Source: Candidatus Peregrinibacteria bacterium | GTDB taxonomy: Bacteria; Patescibacteriota; Gracilibacteria; UBA1369 | Direction of reading: 5' to 3' | NCBI GenBank assembly: GCA_963708185.1 | Contig: OY970195.1 | Span: 352,001 to 416,000 of the forward strand | Length of the DNA stretch: 64,000 bases | Shown here: in pieces, positions 1-10,312 of the stretch | How the letters are laid out: every line of letters starts with the position of its first letter | Numbering within the stretch: the first letter of the stretch is position 1 | Notes under the pieces: model-generated | What the model saw: the letters and a program-made list of their open reading frames with translations, nothing else | Told to the model about the DNA's origin: nothing | The model's database searches: none | Program-made: the position numbers and the translations under genes

Positions 1-930
<930 letters not shown>

Positions 931-960
931 GATATCTAAAACCGGTTTCGTGAACGTGTT

Positions 961-3900
961 TTACGCTTTGTTCTTGTTGGAACTCTCCGGCGGCGGAACG
1001 AGCGTTGGTTTTATCGATGACATGGATGGAACGGCCGTGCTGCGGGGATATCCCGGAGCTATGGTGTAGCGGTGACTCCGATCGTCATGGGGCGGAACAC
1101 TGCGGTGAATCTGGGTTTTGAGTTCTTCCATGATCGTTTTTGTTTCACCGGTGTTGACCAGATAGTAATCGCCTTTGTGAACGAAAATGATGTTCTGTTC
1201 ACCGAGGTCCCAATCCACTTCGTCGATGATTTCGGCAAGGTAGGCTTTGAAGTCGCACAAGACTTCATCGTCGGGAAGGATATTGTCCAGTCCGCGGGTG
1301 ATTCTTGAGTCGCGGATGTTGACTTTGAAAAGATAACTTCCCTTGGAAAGTTCCAGCGTACTCGTTTCGCCCTTCTGTGTCGTGGTGAGAATTCTGTAAC
1401 AGCCGGAAGGGGTGTTTTTGTGATTAAGCACGTTTCCCTGGACGTCGCCGTGGTCCTGGTCGAGGACCTGGCGGAGTTCTTTTTTCTGCAGGTCGCCGAG
1501 GGGAATATAGACGAATTCGGTGAATCTTTTGTCCTGGACTCTTAAAACACGGTGGCTGCCGTGACGGCGACGTTTTTCGTACGTTGTTCTTGCGACGTAA
1601 ATAGGCACAACTTCTTCAACGTCACCCTGCCCGATTTCCGCTTTGAAGGATACTCCTTTTTCGCCGTTCACCGGTACGGTGCCGAGCGTGTATTTTACTT
1701 TTCCTTCGGAGATCTGTGCATGGCTTATTGAAAATTCCTGGCCTTCAAACTGCGCGAGTTTTTCCGCGTCGAGTTTGTCTCCTTTTGAAGGAAGCGCCGC
1801 CGCGCCGTTGCGGAGTTCAACGCTGTAGGAGAGGTTTGAACCGTCGAGGTTTTTCAAGGCAGCGGCGTACTGTTCGTTCATGGCCACCGTAATGTGTTCG
1901 GCCGCAAGCCCGAGCTTGTTTTTCAAAAATTCGCTGAAGGTTTCGAACTGTCTGCTTGAACCTTTCTTGGTGGAGATGCGGTATGGGACCGCTGTGTCAG
2001 ACGCAATGGTCGTTTTGACCAGTTCGTGGGTGCGTCTCGGAATCAGGATCTGTTTGCGTCTCGCTTTTCCCTGGGTTCGCGCCGAGGTGTTCATCGTCGT
2101 TCCGACCAGGGTGTAATCGTTCGATGAAAGCAGGTCAAGTTTCACGTATCCCGAGTCGCCGGAATAGACGGCGGTCGTCGTGTCGATGACCGGTGAAAGT
2201 CCGAACTCTTCACGAAGACGGGTAAGATACCACTCTTCGGGGTTTTCCTGATATTCCATCCATTCATCGGTCTGTTCGCTGTCTTCAATGCTCGGCGGGA
2301 CGAATTTTTTTTCAGCAATTTTAATCAGTTCCACGCGGAATTTTTCGGAAAGTCCGTTGAGTTCTTTCTGGATGAGCAGTGCCGCTTTCAATGCGTTCAT
2401 CGCAAAAAATTCGGGGTGGCGTTCGTCGGATTTGTATCCGAGCGGATCGCGCCCTGTTGTGTCGATGGGTACGCCGAAGTGCATGATGGCCATGTCTCCG
2501 ACCGCTTTGTCCCAGGTCCCGCAATACGTCGTGCCGATGCGCTGACAGAGTACCAGAAAGTCCTGGACGATGTTTTTGATGACGCTGAGAGCTTCTATGC
2601 TGGCTTTATCGTTTTTGAAAAGTTTGCGTTCAATGAGGTTGCAAATTCTGGTGTAGCCGGATATATCTGTGATGATGGTACTGGTTTCGGAACGAACGAT
2701 TTCTTCGATGCCGTTGCCCATTTCCGCAGCAGCGATTTTGGGGTCCCTTCCTTCCACCATCAGGCGCAGATTGTTGCGCCATTGGGAAGCGTGGCTTGCG
2801 AGGATCATGGAAGCCATCCGCAGGAACGTTTTGTCTTCATCGGTGAGCTCTTCGCTTTCATCGGTGCGGAAAATGATTTTTCCGATGATTTTTTTCTGTC
2901 CCTGTTCATTTCTTGAGGGATCGATGATGTCCTTGATCAGGGTGTGTTTTCCTCCCGAACGGTTGAGCGTTTTTGCCGACTGTTCGGCAAATCCACGGAG
3001 TTCTGGTGTATCTGCAAGGTTTTCGGGATCATGGTCGTCGCTGTATCTTTTGGCGATGAAATGGTCGCATTCTCCTTCGTCTTCATCCGAGACCACGAGG
3101 AGGAGGTCGGCTTCGGTGGCTTTGCTGTACAGGCAGATCTCTTTCATGAGTTCCGCGAGTCCTTTCTCAAAATTCGAAGAAGCGCCGTGGCGATCGAGAA
3201 TGCCGTGGGCGAGTTTGTCGAGTCGCGTGATACGCCGCGCTTTGAGCGCTTCGTCTATTTTGCTGTCGAGACGCGTTCTGGCTTGGTCGACGAATGCCTG
3301 GAGTTTTTGGTCGAGCGTTTGTCCCGGCGCCATTGTTATCTCCAGGACTCCGAGTTTGCGGTCGGCGATTTTCAGTTCGACGAAAACGGTATTTGAGGTC
3401 GGGTCAAAGAACAGGAATTTTTTTTCGTCTTCGTCAAAAAGAGCCCGTTCGTTCTTTTTCGTGAACTCTTCCTGGTTCGAGGATTCACGCTTTCCGCTCA
3501 GGTTGATTTTGGTGAGATGAGCGGTCTCCTCATAATGGTTTTCTTCGTTGACAAGGTAAAAAGCAATGTCAAAAAATTTTTCTCCGGCTATTTTTTTCAG
3601 GTACCCCATAATTTCCCTGATCCCTTCTTCAAGCGCCTCACCTCCGGAAATATAATCAATGAGTTCATTGAGTTCACGGTCGATTTTGAGCGTTTCGGCA
3701 TCGAGGGCCAGTGTCTGGTTCTGCTCGACGGCCTTTGCGGCGTCTTGATTGGCTTTTTTTGCTTCAACCAAAAGGCGAAGCTGTTCAGCAATGGTTTTTT
3801 TGGTCACGGCGAGTGCGTGGAGTGCTTTCGGTTCGATGACTCCGATTTCCGAAGAAACATGAAGGTTCGTTTTCATCAGGAGTTCGAAAGGATCGATCGA

Positions 3901-4212
3901 AATATCTTCGGGCTTTACTCCCGATTTCAGCTCAGCCTGGATGTCCGCATACGTTTTCGGAGGGATAACCTGCAGGGCTGCCATTTTGTTTGCGTGGATC
4001 ATGCGTACGATCGTTTTCATGACGGCGCGGAGTTCTTCAGGACGTAAAGAGTTTTTTGCGTCTTTTAAGGTTTCCCAGTCTTTTCGTACGCCCTCGTCGA
4101 GTCTTGCTTCGTCCACTTCAGACTTTCGTTCTTTCAGCGTGGTTTTCGCTGCAAGAATATCAAGTTCAATGTGATCTTCTCGTGAAAATGGGAATTTTGG
4201 CATATTGGTCAC
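961..4212 (-). CDS. Large soluble class III adenylate/guanylate cyclase with GAF-like N-terminal regions (start may be ATG 4203)
   Basis: Cyclase motifs TDISGYT, WDKAVGDMAIMHFG and DYTLVGTTMNTSARTQ; no transmembrane segment or signal peptide seen. Confidence 0.75.
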   Translation of the reverse strand: MTNMPKFPFSREDHIELDILAAKTTLKERKSEVDEARLDEGVRKDWETLKDAKNSLRPEELRAVMKTIVRMIHANKMAALQVIPPKTYADIQAELKSGVKPEDISIDPFELLMKTNLHVSSEIGVIEPKALHALAVTKKTIAEQLRLLVEAKKANQDAAKAVEQNQTLALDAETLKIDRELNELIDYISGGEALEEGIREIMGYLKKIAGEKFFDIAFYLVNEENHYEETAHLTKINLSGKRESSNQEEFTKKNERALFDEDEKKFLFFDPTSNTVFVELKIADRKLGVLEITMAPGQTLDQKLQAFVDQARTRLDSKIDEALKARRITRLDKLAHGILDRHGASSNFEKGLAELMKEICLYSKATEADLLLVVSDEDEGECDHFIAKRYSDDHDPENLADTPELRGFAEQSAKTLNRSGGKHTLIKDIIDPSRNEQGQKKIIGKIIFRTDESEELTDEDKTFLRMASMILASHASQWRNNLRLMVEGRDPKIAAAEMGNGIEEIVRSETSTIITDISGYTRICNLIERKLFKNDKASIEALSVIKNIVQDFLVLCQRIGTTYCGTWDKAVGDMAIMHFGVPIDTTGRDPLGYKSDERHPEFFAMNALKAALLIQKELNGLSEKFRVELIKIAEKKFVPPSIEDSEQTDEWMEYQENPEEWYLTRLREEFGLSPVIDTTTAVYSGDSGYVKLDLLSSNDYTLVGTTMNTSARTQGKARRKQILIPRRTHELVKTTIASDTAVPYRISTKKGSSRQFETFSEFLKNKLGLAAEHITVAMNEQYAAALKNLDGSNLSYSVELRNGAAALPSKGDKLDAEKLAQFEGQEFSISHAQISEGKVKYTLGTVPVNGEKGVSFKAEIGQGDVEEVVPIYVARTTYEKRRRHGSHRVLRVQDKRFTEFVYIPLGDLQKKELRQVLDQDHGDVQGNVLNHKNTPSGCYRILTTTQKGETSTLELSKGSYLFKVNIRDSRITRGLDNILPDDEVLCDFKAYLAEIIDEVDWDLGEQNIIFVHKGDYYLVNTGETKTIMEELKTQIHRSVPPHDDRSHRYTIAPGYPRSTAVPSMSSIKPTLVPPPESSNKNKA

Positions 4213-4311
4213 AGGTCTAAAGTTTTAGAGTGTATTTTACCATTTTATTACCGTTTGTCAATATTATGTCTCCGGGGAATTTTCAATTCGGGGGCGATTT
4301 TAGGGAACAAT

Positions 4312-4339
4312 TTGACTTTTGGGAAGTTCTTTTTATAAT
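4312..4339 (+). promoter_or_regulatory. sigma70 promoter of rpsU
   Basis: TTGACT-16 nt-TATAAT. Confidence 0.7.
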
Positions 4340-4371
4340 GATGAAGCTTTTTATTTATTTTAAGCCTTTGG

Positions 4372-4381
4372 AAGGAGGTGA
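4372..4381 (+). promoter_or_regulatory. Extended Shine-Dalgarno sequence of rpsU
   Basis: AAGGAGGTGA, exactly complementary to the 16S 3' end TCACCTCCTT in this window; 6 nt before ATG 4388. Confidence 0.9.
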
Positions 4382-4387
4382 GACTGT

Positions 4388-4594
4388 ATGGCAATAACCC
4401 TTTGGAAAAATCCGAAAGAGTCCGTTGATCGTTTGATTTCACGTTTCAACAAAAAGGTTCAGGCAAGCCGAGTTATTTTGCTGACAAAGGAACGCCGTTA
4501 CCGAAAAAAGAAACCGAGTAAGCGTCATGAACGTACAGCGGCCATGATGCGCACGAATTACCGTCATCAAAGAGAGAGACAGAAGTTCTATTAG
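4388..4594 (+). CDS. rpsU: 30S ribosomal protein bS21
   Basis: 68 aa, basic; pattern ESVDRLISRFNKKV...ERRYRKKKPSKR is typical of bS21. Confidence 0.88.
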   Translation: MAITLWKNPKESVDRLISRFNKKVQASRVILLTKERRYRKKKPSKRHERTAAMMRTNYRHQRERQKFY

Positions 4595-4602
4595 GATTTT
4601 GC

Positions 4603-4627
4603 AGCCCCGCCTCAGGCGGGGCTTTTT
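4603..4627 (+). terminator. Intrinsic terminator after rpsU
   Basis: AGCCCCGCC-TCA-GGCGGGGCT followed by a T-run. Confidence 0.8.
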
Positions 4628-5485
4628 ATGAATTTTATGAAAGTACGAGAACTCTTCAAACATATCCGTTCGAAATTGGGCCAACAGGGTGATTTCCTTG
4701 GGGCTGAGCTTCTGCTTGCCTATGTTTTGGATAAGGACCGCGCTTATCTTCAGGCTCACGATGATGAAGAGATTCCACAAGAGAGCATGAGGCGTTACGA
4801 TGAACTTTTTGGGAGAATGGCGGCCGGGGAACCCGTGGCATATCTTTTGGGACACAGGGAGTTTTACGGTCTTAATTTTTTCGTGGACCGCAGAGTATTG
4901 ATACCACGACCCGAAACCGAACATCTGGTTGAAAAGGTGTTGGACTATTGCCGGAAAAATACGGATGTCCTCAAGATTCTCGACCTTGGGACCGGCAGCG
5001 GGTGCATTGCTCTTTCGTTGGCAAAACTTTTGCCTTCAACCCACGTAACGGCAACGGATATTTCCGAGGATGCCCTCAACGTGGCTCGAATCAATGCGCA
5101 GCGGTTGGACCTCAAAAACAGGGTATCGTTGTTGCAGAGTGATTTGCTGGAATCCGTTTCCGGCCCTTTTGACGTCATTGTTGCGAATCTCCCCTACATT
5201 GGCGAGAAACGTTTTTCTTTCGTCAGTAAATCAGCGTACGATTATGAACCTCATGTTGCGCTTTTTGGCGGGAACGAGGGTTTGAGTTTGTACCGCAGGT
5301 TTTTTGAAGAGCTTTCGAGAATCTCCTGGAGGCCGCGTCTGCTCGTTGGAGAGTTCGGTTTTTTGCAAAAAGAAGAGCTTTTAGCCATTTTTCAATCGAT
5401 ATTCCCTGAAATTTCCATGCATTTTGAGCAAGATTATGCTCACATTGACCGGATGTTTGTGGTAGAATTTCCGTCGATTCCTTAA
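4628..5485 (+). CDS. prmC: Release factor glutamine methyltransferase
   Basis: [25 protein letters not shown] and NLPY motifs; adjacent to prfA. Confidence 0.95.
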   Translation: MNFMKVRELFKHIRSKLGQQGDFLGAELLLAYVLDKDRAYLQAHDDEEIPQESMRRYDELFGRMAAGEPVAYLLGHREFYGLNFFVDRRVLIPRPETEHLVEKVLDYCRKNTDVLKILDLGTGSGCIALSLAKLLPSTHVTATDISEDALNVARINAQRLDLKNRVSLLQSDLLESVSGPFDVIVANLPYIGEKRFSFVSKSAYDYEPHVALFGGNEGLSLYRRFFEELSRISWRPRLLVGEFGFLQKEELLAIFQSIFPEISMHFEQDYAHIDRMFVVEFPSIP

Positions 5486-5501
5486 ATCTCGATTTGTTCA
5501 T

Positions 5502-6572
5502 ATGTTTACCAAGCTGGAACAACTGGAAAAAGAGTATGCGATGATTGAACAGCAGTTAGCCGATCCGGCCGTCATTTCACATCAACAGGAATACACCAAG
5601 CTGATGAGGCGTTATAAGGAAATAGGGAAGGCGGTTGTTTTGTTCCGCGACTATAAGCGCGCCGAGAAGGAGATGAAGGATGCCGAGGAGATTTTGAAAA
5701 CCGAGAAAGATGAAGGAATGCGCACGTTCGCCAAAGACCAGATGCAGTCGGCGAAAGAAGAGCGGGAAAAGATCGAAGAAGAACTGAAAGTGGAACTTTT
5801 ACCCAAGGACCCGAACGATTTCAAGAACGTCATCATGGAGATCCGTGCCGGTGCTGGAGGCGAAGAAGCCGCGCTTTTTGCGGGAGAGCTGTTCCGCATG
5901 TATTGCAAGTTTGCGGAAAACTGCGGTTTTAAAATCGAACTGATCAGTAAAAGTGAAGCGACGGCTGGTGGTCTGAAGGAAATCATTTTTAAAATTCTGG
6001 GTGACGGCGCTTACAGTAAATTCAAGTTCGAAAGCGGAGTTCATCGCGTTCAGAGGATTCCTTCAACGGAAAGCCAGGGGCGCATCCATACGTCGACGGT
6101 TACGGTCGCGGTTTTGCCCGAAGCTGAAGAGGTCGACGTCGAGATCAAAGATGCTGATCTTCGCATCGATGTGTTTCGTGCCGGCGGACCGGGAGGGCAG
6201 AGTGTCAATACAACCGATTCAGCCGTGCGCATTACGCACATACCAAGCGGACTCGTCGTTTCGCAGCAGGATGAAAAATCACAGTTAAAAAACAAGCAGA
6301 AGGCGATGGAGGTGCTCAGAACCCGTTTGTACGCCATGGAACAGGAAAAACGCCAGAAGGAGCTGGGTGAGAAACGCCTCAGTCAAATCGGTACCGGCGA
6401 ACGATCGGAAAAAATCAGGACCTATAATTTCCCCCAGGATCGTGTAACTGATCACCGCATCAAAGAGAGCTGGAGCAATTTGCCCTCGATTATGGAAGGC
6501 AACATCGATGAAATCGTCGATGACCTGACGATCGCGGAACAGACCGAACTTCTTGCGAACAAGAAAGGTTAA
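5502..6572 (+). CDS. prfA: Peptide chain release factor 1
   Basis: GGQ motif, [14 protein letters not shown] (PxT of RF1), [15 protein letters not shown]. Confidence 0.97.
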   Translation: MFTKLEQLEKEYAMIEQQLADPAVISHQQEYTKLMRRYKEIGKAVVLFRDYKRAEKEMKDAEEILKTEKDEGMRTFAKDQMQSAKEEREKIEEELKVELLPKDPNDFKNVIMEIRAGAGGEEAALFAGELFRMYCKFAENCGFKIELISKSEATAGGLKEIIFKILGDGAYSKFKFESGVHRVQRIPSTESQGRIHTSTVTVAVLPEAEEVDVEIKDADLRIDVFRAGGPGGQSVNTTDSAVRITHIPSGLVVSQQDEKSQLKNKQKAMEVLRTRLYAMEQEKRQKELGEKRLSQIGTGERSEKIRTYNFPQDRVTDHRIKESWSNLPSIMEGNIDEIVDDLTIAEQTELLANKKG

Positions 6573-8026
6573 TTTTTCCGGTAATGGGCTCCGAGGCTTT
6601 TGCGCCGTTTTAAGGATGCCCGGACGATAAGTTCCGCGACGTTCAGCATGTTTTGGAGTTCAAGCTTCGCAATACTTTCTTCTTTTGGAAGCTGCTTTTT
6701 GATTGATTGGATGCGTTTCAGTGCTTGCTTGAGTAAATTTTTTGTTCGGATGATGCCGACGTTGTTCCACATCAAAGTTTGAAGTGTTTTTTTAAGCTTC
6801 GTTATTTTTTTTGAGGCTTTGGGATAGTGCCGTTTTGTTGCTGAGATCTTCGGGAAATTTTTTATCACCGGAAGAGGGGAGTCCATAACGTGTTCTCCCA
6901 TGATAGCGGCTTCCAGAAGTGAATTGGAAGCGAGACGGTTGGCTCCCTGGAGTCCGGTGCAGGCGACCTCTCCCAATGCGTATAGATTGCGGATGTTGGT
7001 CTTCCCGTCCAGACCCGCGATGATGCCTCCGCAGAGATAATGCGCGGCGGGCGTGACGGGGATGAGGTCTTTCCCCATGTCGAAACCTTGATCTTTGAGA
7101 TAGGCGTAAATCGTCGGGAATTTTTTCCGCAGTTCGGACGTTTTACGATGTCTGATGTCTAAAAAGATCTTTCCCTTTTTTTGTTCCTGGTAGGTGGCGA
7201 TCGAAACGATGTCCCTCGGTGCCAGCTCGGCGTCTTTGTGATATTTCAGCATGTAGCGTTCGCCTTTGGCGTTGAGTAAAAGCGCTCCTTCCCCTCGCAC
7301 CGTTTCGGAAATAAGAAAAAGAGGCGATCTTGCTTTGGCAAAAGCCGTCGGGTGGAACTGGACGAATTCCATGTCTTTGATGTTACAGCCGGCTCTGGCG
7401 GCCAGGGCTATTCCGTCTCCGGTCGTTATCGTCGGGTTGGTCGTGTAACGGTAAAGCTGCCCGACGCCTCCGGTGGCCAAAACGATTCTCCGGGCAAAAA
7501 CCGGAACACACAGGTTTTTTCTGATGATTTTTACGCCGTAGCAGATTTTGTTTTTTACGATGAAATCCTTGGCGAAGCAGTTTTCCCAAATGGTGATGTT
7601 CGGTTTTTTCCTGACGAGTTTGACCAGGGTCTCGACAATGCTCAGTCCGGTATGGTCGCCGACGTGGACGATTCTTCTGAAGCGATGTCCAGCTTCCTGA
7701 TTTTGCAGAAATTTCCCCTGCGAAGTTTTTTCGAAACTGACACCGAGTTTTTGGAGCATCTTGATGAGTTTCGGAGACTGTTCGATGAAATATTTTACAA
7801 CGCTTTTGTTATTGTGGAAGGCTCCGGCTATCATGGTGTCTTCCACATGTTTCGCGAAATTGTCATGGGGTTGGAATACCGCGGCGATGCCGCCCTGTGC
7901 GTATCTTGAATTGCTTTCGGTAAGCTGGGATTTAGTCACCAGCAACACGTTTCCTTTTTTGGAAGCGTGAAGGGCGCTGGTCAATCCCGCCAGCCCGGAG
8001 CCGATAATAACAACATCGTACAACAT
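6569..8026 (-). CDS. nadB: L-aspartate oxidase
   Basis: GSGLAG FAD motif, [46 protein letters not shown]. Confidence 0.9.
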   Translation of the reverse strand: MLYDVVIIGSGLAGLTSALHASKKGNVLLVTKSQLTESNSRYAQGGIAAVFQPHDNFAKHVEDTMIAGAFHNNKSVVKYFIEQSPKLIKMLQKLGVSFEKTSQGKFLQNQEAGHRFRRIVHVGDHTGLSIVETLVKLVRKKPNITIWENCFAKDFIVKNKICYGVKIIRKNLCVPVFARRIVLATGGVGQLYRYTTNPTITTGDGIALAARAGCNIKDMEFVQFHPTAFAKARSPLFLISETVRGEGALLLNAKGERYMLKYHKDAELAPRDIVSIATYQEQKKGKIFLDIRHRKTSELRKKFPTIYAYLKDQGFDMGKDLIPVTPAAHYLCGGIIAGLDGKTNIRNLYALGEVACTGLQGANRLASNSLLEAAIMGEHVMDSPLPVIKNFPKISATKRHYPKASKKITKLKKTLQTLMWNNVGIIRTKNLLKQALKRIQSIKKQLPKEESIAKLELQNMLNVAELIVRASLKRRKSLGAHYRKN

Positions 8027-8030
8027 TGGA

Positions 8031-8366
8031 TTAGTTCCAGAATTGAATATTCTGCCAGGTCTGCTGGAGCTGGGGACCGATTTTACTGAAATCGGGAATC
8101 AGTTTTGAAAAAAAGGTCGTCATGGCGTCGAAGTTCGCCTTGAGAGCGTTGACGTTATTGTTGAGGACATCGAGATAATGCGTTATTTCCGACCAAAGGT
8201 AATAACCCAGGATGAGGATGACGATCGAGGGAATAATGATGAGCAAAGCGTGGACGATCCGGCCGATCCGAGCTTCCCGGTGTTCTTTCCGCTGGATTTC
8301 GGCAATGTTTTGCAGAAGGGTGTTCTCTTTTTCCAGCAGTGCGATGATTTGTTGATTTTGGTCCAT
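8031..8366 (-). CDS. Small single-TM membrane protein
   Basis: 111 aa, one hydrophobic segment flanked by coiled-coil-like stretches; 4 nt upstream of nadB. Confidence 0.7.
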   Translation of the reverse strand: MDQNQQIIALLEKENTLLQNIAEIQRKEHREARIGRIVHALLIIIPSIVILILGYYLWSEITHYLDVLNNNVNALKANFDAMTTFFSKLIPDFSKIGPQLQQTWQNIQFWN

Positions 8367-8374
8367 ACAAGAAA

Positions 8375-9043
8375 TTATTTTTGTTCTTTTTCCATTGTAC
8401 TCAATTTTTGGAGAAGGTCATCACGAAATTGCGAATTTTCGGGCGGGAGCATGGAAGTGGGATGGACCTCCTGGTGTTCGTTTTGTTCGTTTTTTTGCAG
8501 ACTGGGGTGTCTGAACTCATCCGGAAACCGGCGGCGGGTTTCTTCATAGAGTACCATGAGGCGCCGCGCAGGCTGTTTGGCGAGCGGGTTGCTCCGCCGC
8601 CGGTCTTTCAGGTCTTCTTCAAAGGCGTCCGGGTCGTCGCCGGGTTCAAATTTCAGAACGTCAATGGAGTGGAAGTAGGCCTTGACCCCCATTTGCAGCC
8701 TTTGTATTTCAGTCAGAGGAGGAGCCTGAAGATTCATATCTTCTCTGAGCGCCTCCTTCGCCTCATTTTTGTTGAGGCTCACGGCCCTGGCAAGATCGGC
8801 AAGTATTGTTTTTGTTTTTTCATCCGCCCAGTCAGCCCTGAATGCATCAGCGGAGAAGCGAAACGCCAGATTGGGAAAGTTTAAAAAAAGCTCAAGACGT
8901 TGAGCTTCGGTGAGTTGGGTTAAAAGTGATATCAGTTCTTCGTCTTTTTTAAAAGAAGACATCTGTTTTTCCCGCTCATGGGAGTCTGTTGATCTTTTGA
9001 CAGAGTCAAAGAGAGATTCTTCAGGAGCGGTTCCTTGGGGCAT
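8375..9043 (-). CDS. Hypothetical protein
   Basis: 222-aa ORF, tightly packed in a minus-strand run; no motif recognised. Confidence 0.65.
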   Translation of the reverse strand: MPQGTAPEESLFDSVKRSTDSHEREKQMSSFKKDEELISLLTQLTEAQRLELFLNFPNLAFRFSADAFRADWADEKTKTILADLARAVSLNKNEAKEALREDMNLQAPPLTEIQRLQMGVKAYFHSIDVLKFEPGDDPDAFEEDLKDRRRSNPLAKQPARRLMVLYEETRRRFPDEFRHPSLQKNEQNEHQEVHPTSMLPPENSQFRDDLLQKLSTMEKEQK

Positions 9044-9052
9044 GTGGTTTGG

Positions 9053-9463
9053 TTAGTCTTTATCCGGGTTTTTTGCAGCCGCTGAGACCGTTTCTGTTAC
9101 CTCGTCCGTACCGGTTTTGAAGAGCGACCTGGCAGCTTCTTCAAATATTCCCTGACTTGGCGGGATGTTCGTGGTAGCCAGACGTTCAGGCGTCATGGAG
9201 CTTCGTGGCGGGACGCTAATTTTTTCTTCCGGGGCCGGCTCCTGTTCGGTCGGGTTTTCACCATTTGTATCGTTGATTTCCACGGCACCCTGAAGACTTT
9301 CTTCCATGAGTTTTTTTGTCAAAGCACCGATGTCTCCGACTTTTGATCCCGCAGGTAAGGCGAGGCTCGGCTCTTTACGTCGGCGCAGAGCTTTGATCTC
9401 TTCATCGGATAAAACCGGGTTTTCACCTTCCGGAGCCGGAAGAGTGGATGGAGTTTTCATCAT
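9053..9463 (-). CDS. Hypothetical P/E/T-rich disordered protein
   Basis: 136-aa ORF, 9 nt from the next gene. Confidence 0.6.
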   Translation of the reverse strand: MMKTPSTLPAPEGENPVLSDEEIKALRRRKEPSLALPAGSKVGDIGALTKKLMEESLQGAVEINDTNGENPTEQEPAPEEKISVPPRSSMTPERLATTNIPPSQGIFEEAARSLFKTGTDEVTETVSAAAKNPDKD

Positions 9464-9541
9464 GATTTCAATATGTTAAGGCGATAATTAAACAGAAATT
9501 TAACATATTAGTCAATGTCAGCCCTATGGTACAATATTTTC

Positions 9542-10312
9542 ATGTTTACCGATACCCATTCTCACATCCATTTTAGCAAAGAGTTCCCGGATGTTGAGGA
9601 CATTTTGATTAGAGCTCAAAAAAAAGCCGTCTCAAGGCAGATTATCGTTGGGTGCACGGTGAAGGATTCCTATGAGGCTCTGGACTTTGTCAAAAACCAC
9701 GGGCAATTTTCCCTCTGGTCCACCCTTGGGGTTCATCCTCACAATGCAGACGAATGGAACGACGACACGAGAAAAAAATTTCTATCAACGGTGGAAAAAG
9801 AGAAGAAGGTCGTCGCGTTGGGTGAGCTTGGGTTGGATTATTTCAGGAATTTCAAGCCGAAAGACGTACAACTGAAAGCTTTTTCCGAACAGCTTGCGTT
9901 GGCGAAAGCACTTGATCTCCCGGTAGTCGTTCATGTCCGTGACGCCTGGGACGATGCCATGAAGGGACTCAAGGCAGCCGGCAATACGAAAGTTATTCTT
10001 CATTGTTTCACGGGAACCGAGGAGTACGCGGCAATTTGTAATGACAGGGGATACCATTTATCCTTTTCCGGGGTTCTCACGTATCCTAAAAACGCTTACC
10101 TCAGGGAAATAGCATCAAAACTTCCCTCCGAGCTGCTGTTGATCGAAACCGACTGTCCGTACCTTACACCCCAGGTTTTCAGGGGCAAGAGAAACGAGCC
10201 GGCGTTCGTGGTGGAAACTGCGAAGGTCCTGGCGGAAGTCAGGGGTGTGACGCTGGACGAGGTCGGGGAACAGACAACGGCCAATGCGGTCAGGCTTTTT
10301 GCAATTTCATAA
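9542..10312 (+). CDS. tatD: TatD family DNase
   Basis: DTHSH, GVHPH, GELGLDY, HVRDA, HCFTG, ETDCPYL and RNEP motifs. Confidence 0.93.
   Translation: MFTDTHSHIHFSKEFPDVEDILIRAQKKAVSRQIIVGCTVKDSYEALDFVKNHGQFSLWSTLGVHPHNADEWNDDTRKKFLSTVEKEKKVVALGELGLDYFRNFKPKDVQLKAFSEQLALAKALDLPVVVHVRDAWDDAMKGLKAAGNTKVILHCFTGTEEYAAICNDRGYHLSFSGVLTYPKNAYLREIASKLPSELLLIETDCPYLTPQVFRGKRNEPAFVVETAKVLAEVRGVTLDEVGEQTTANAVRLFAIS

Noticed and set aside
2416-3520. Long opposite-strand ORFs over the cyclase and other genes
   Set aside because: Antisense shadows without motifs, fully overlapping well-supported genes
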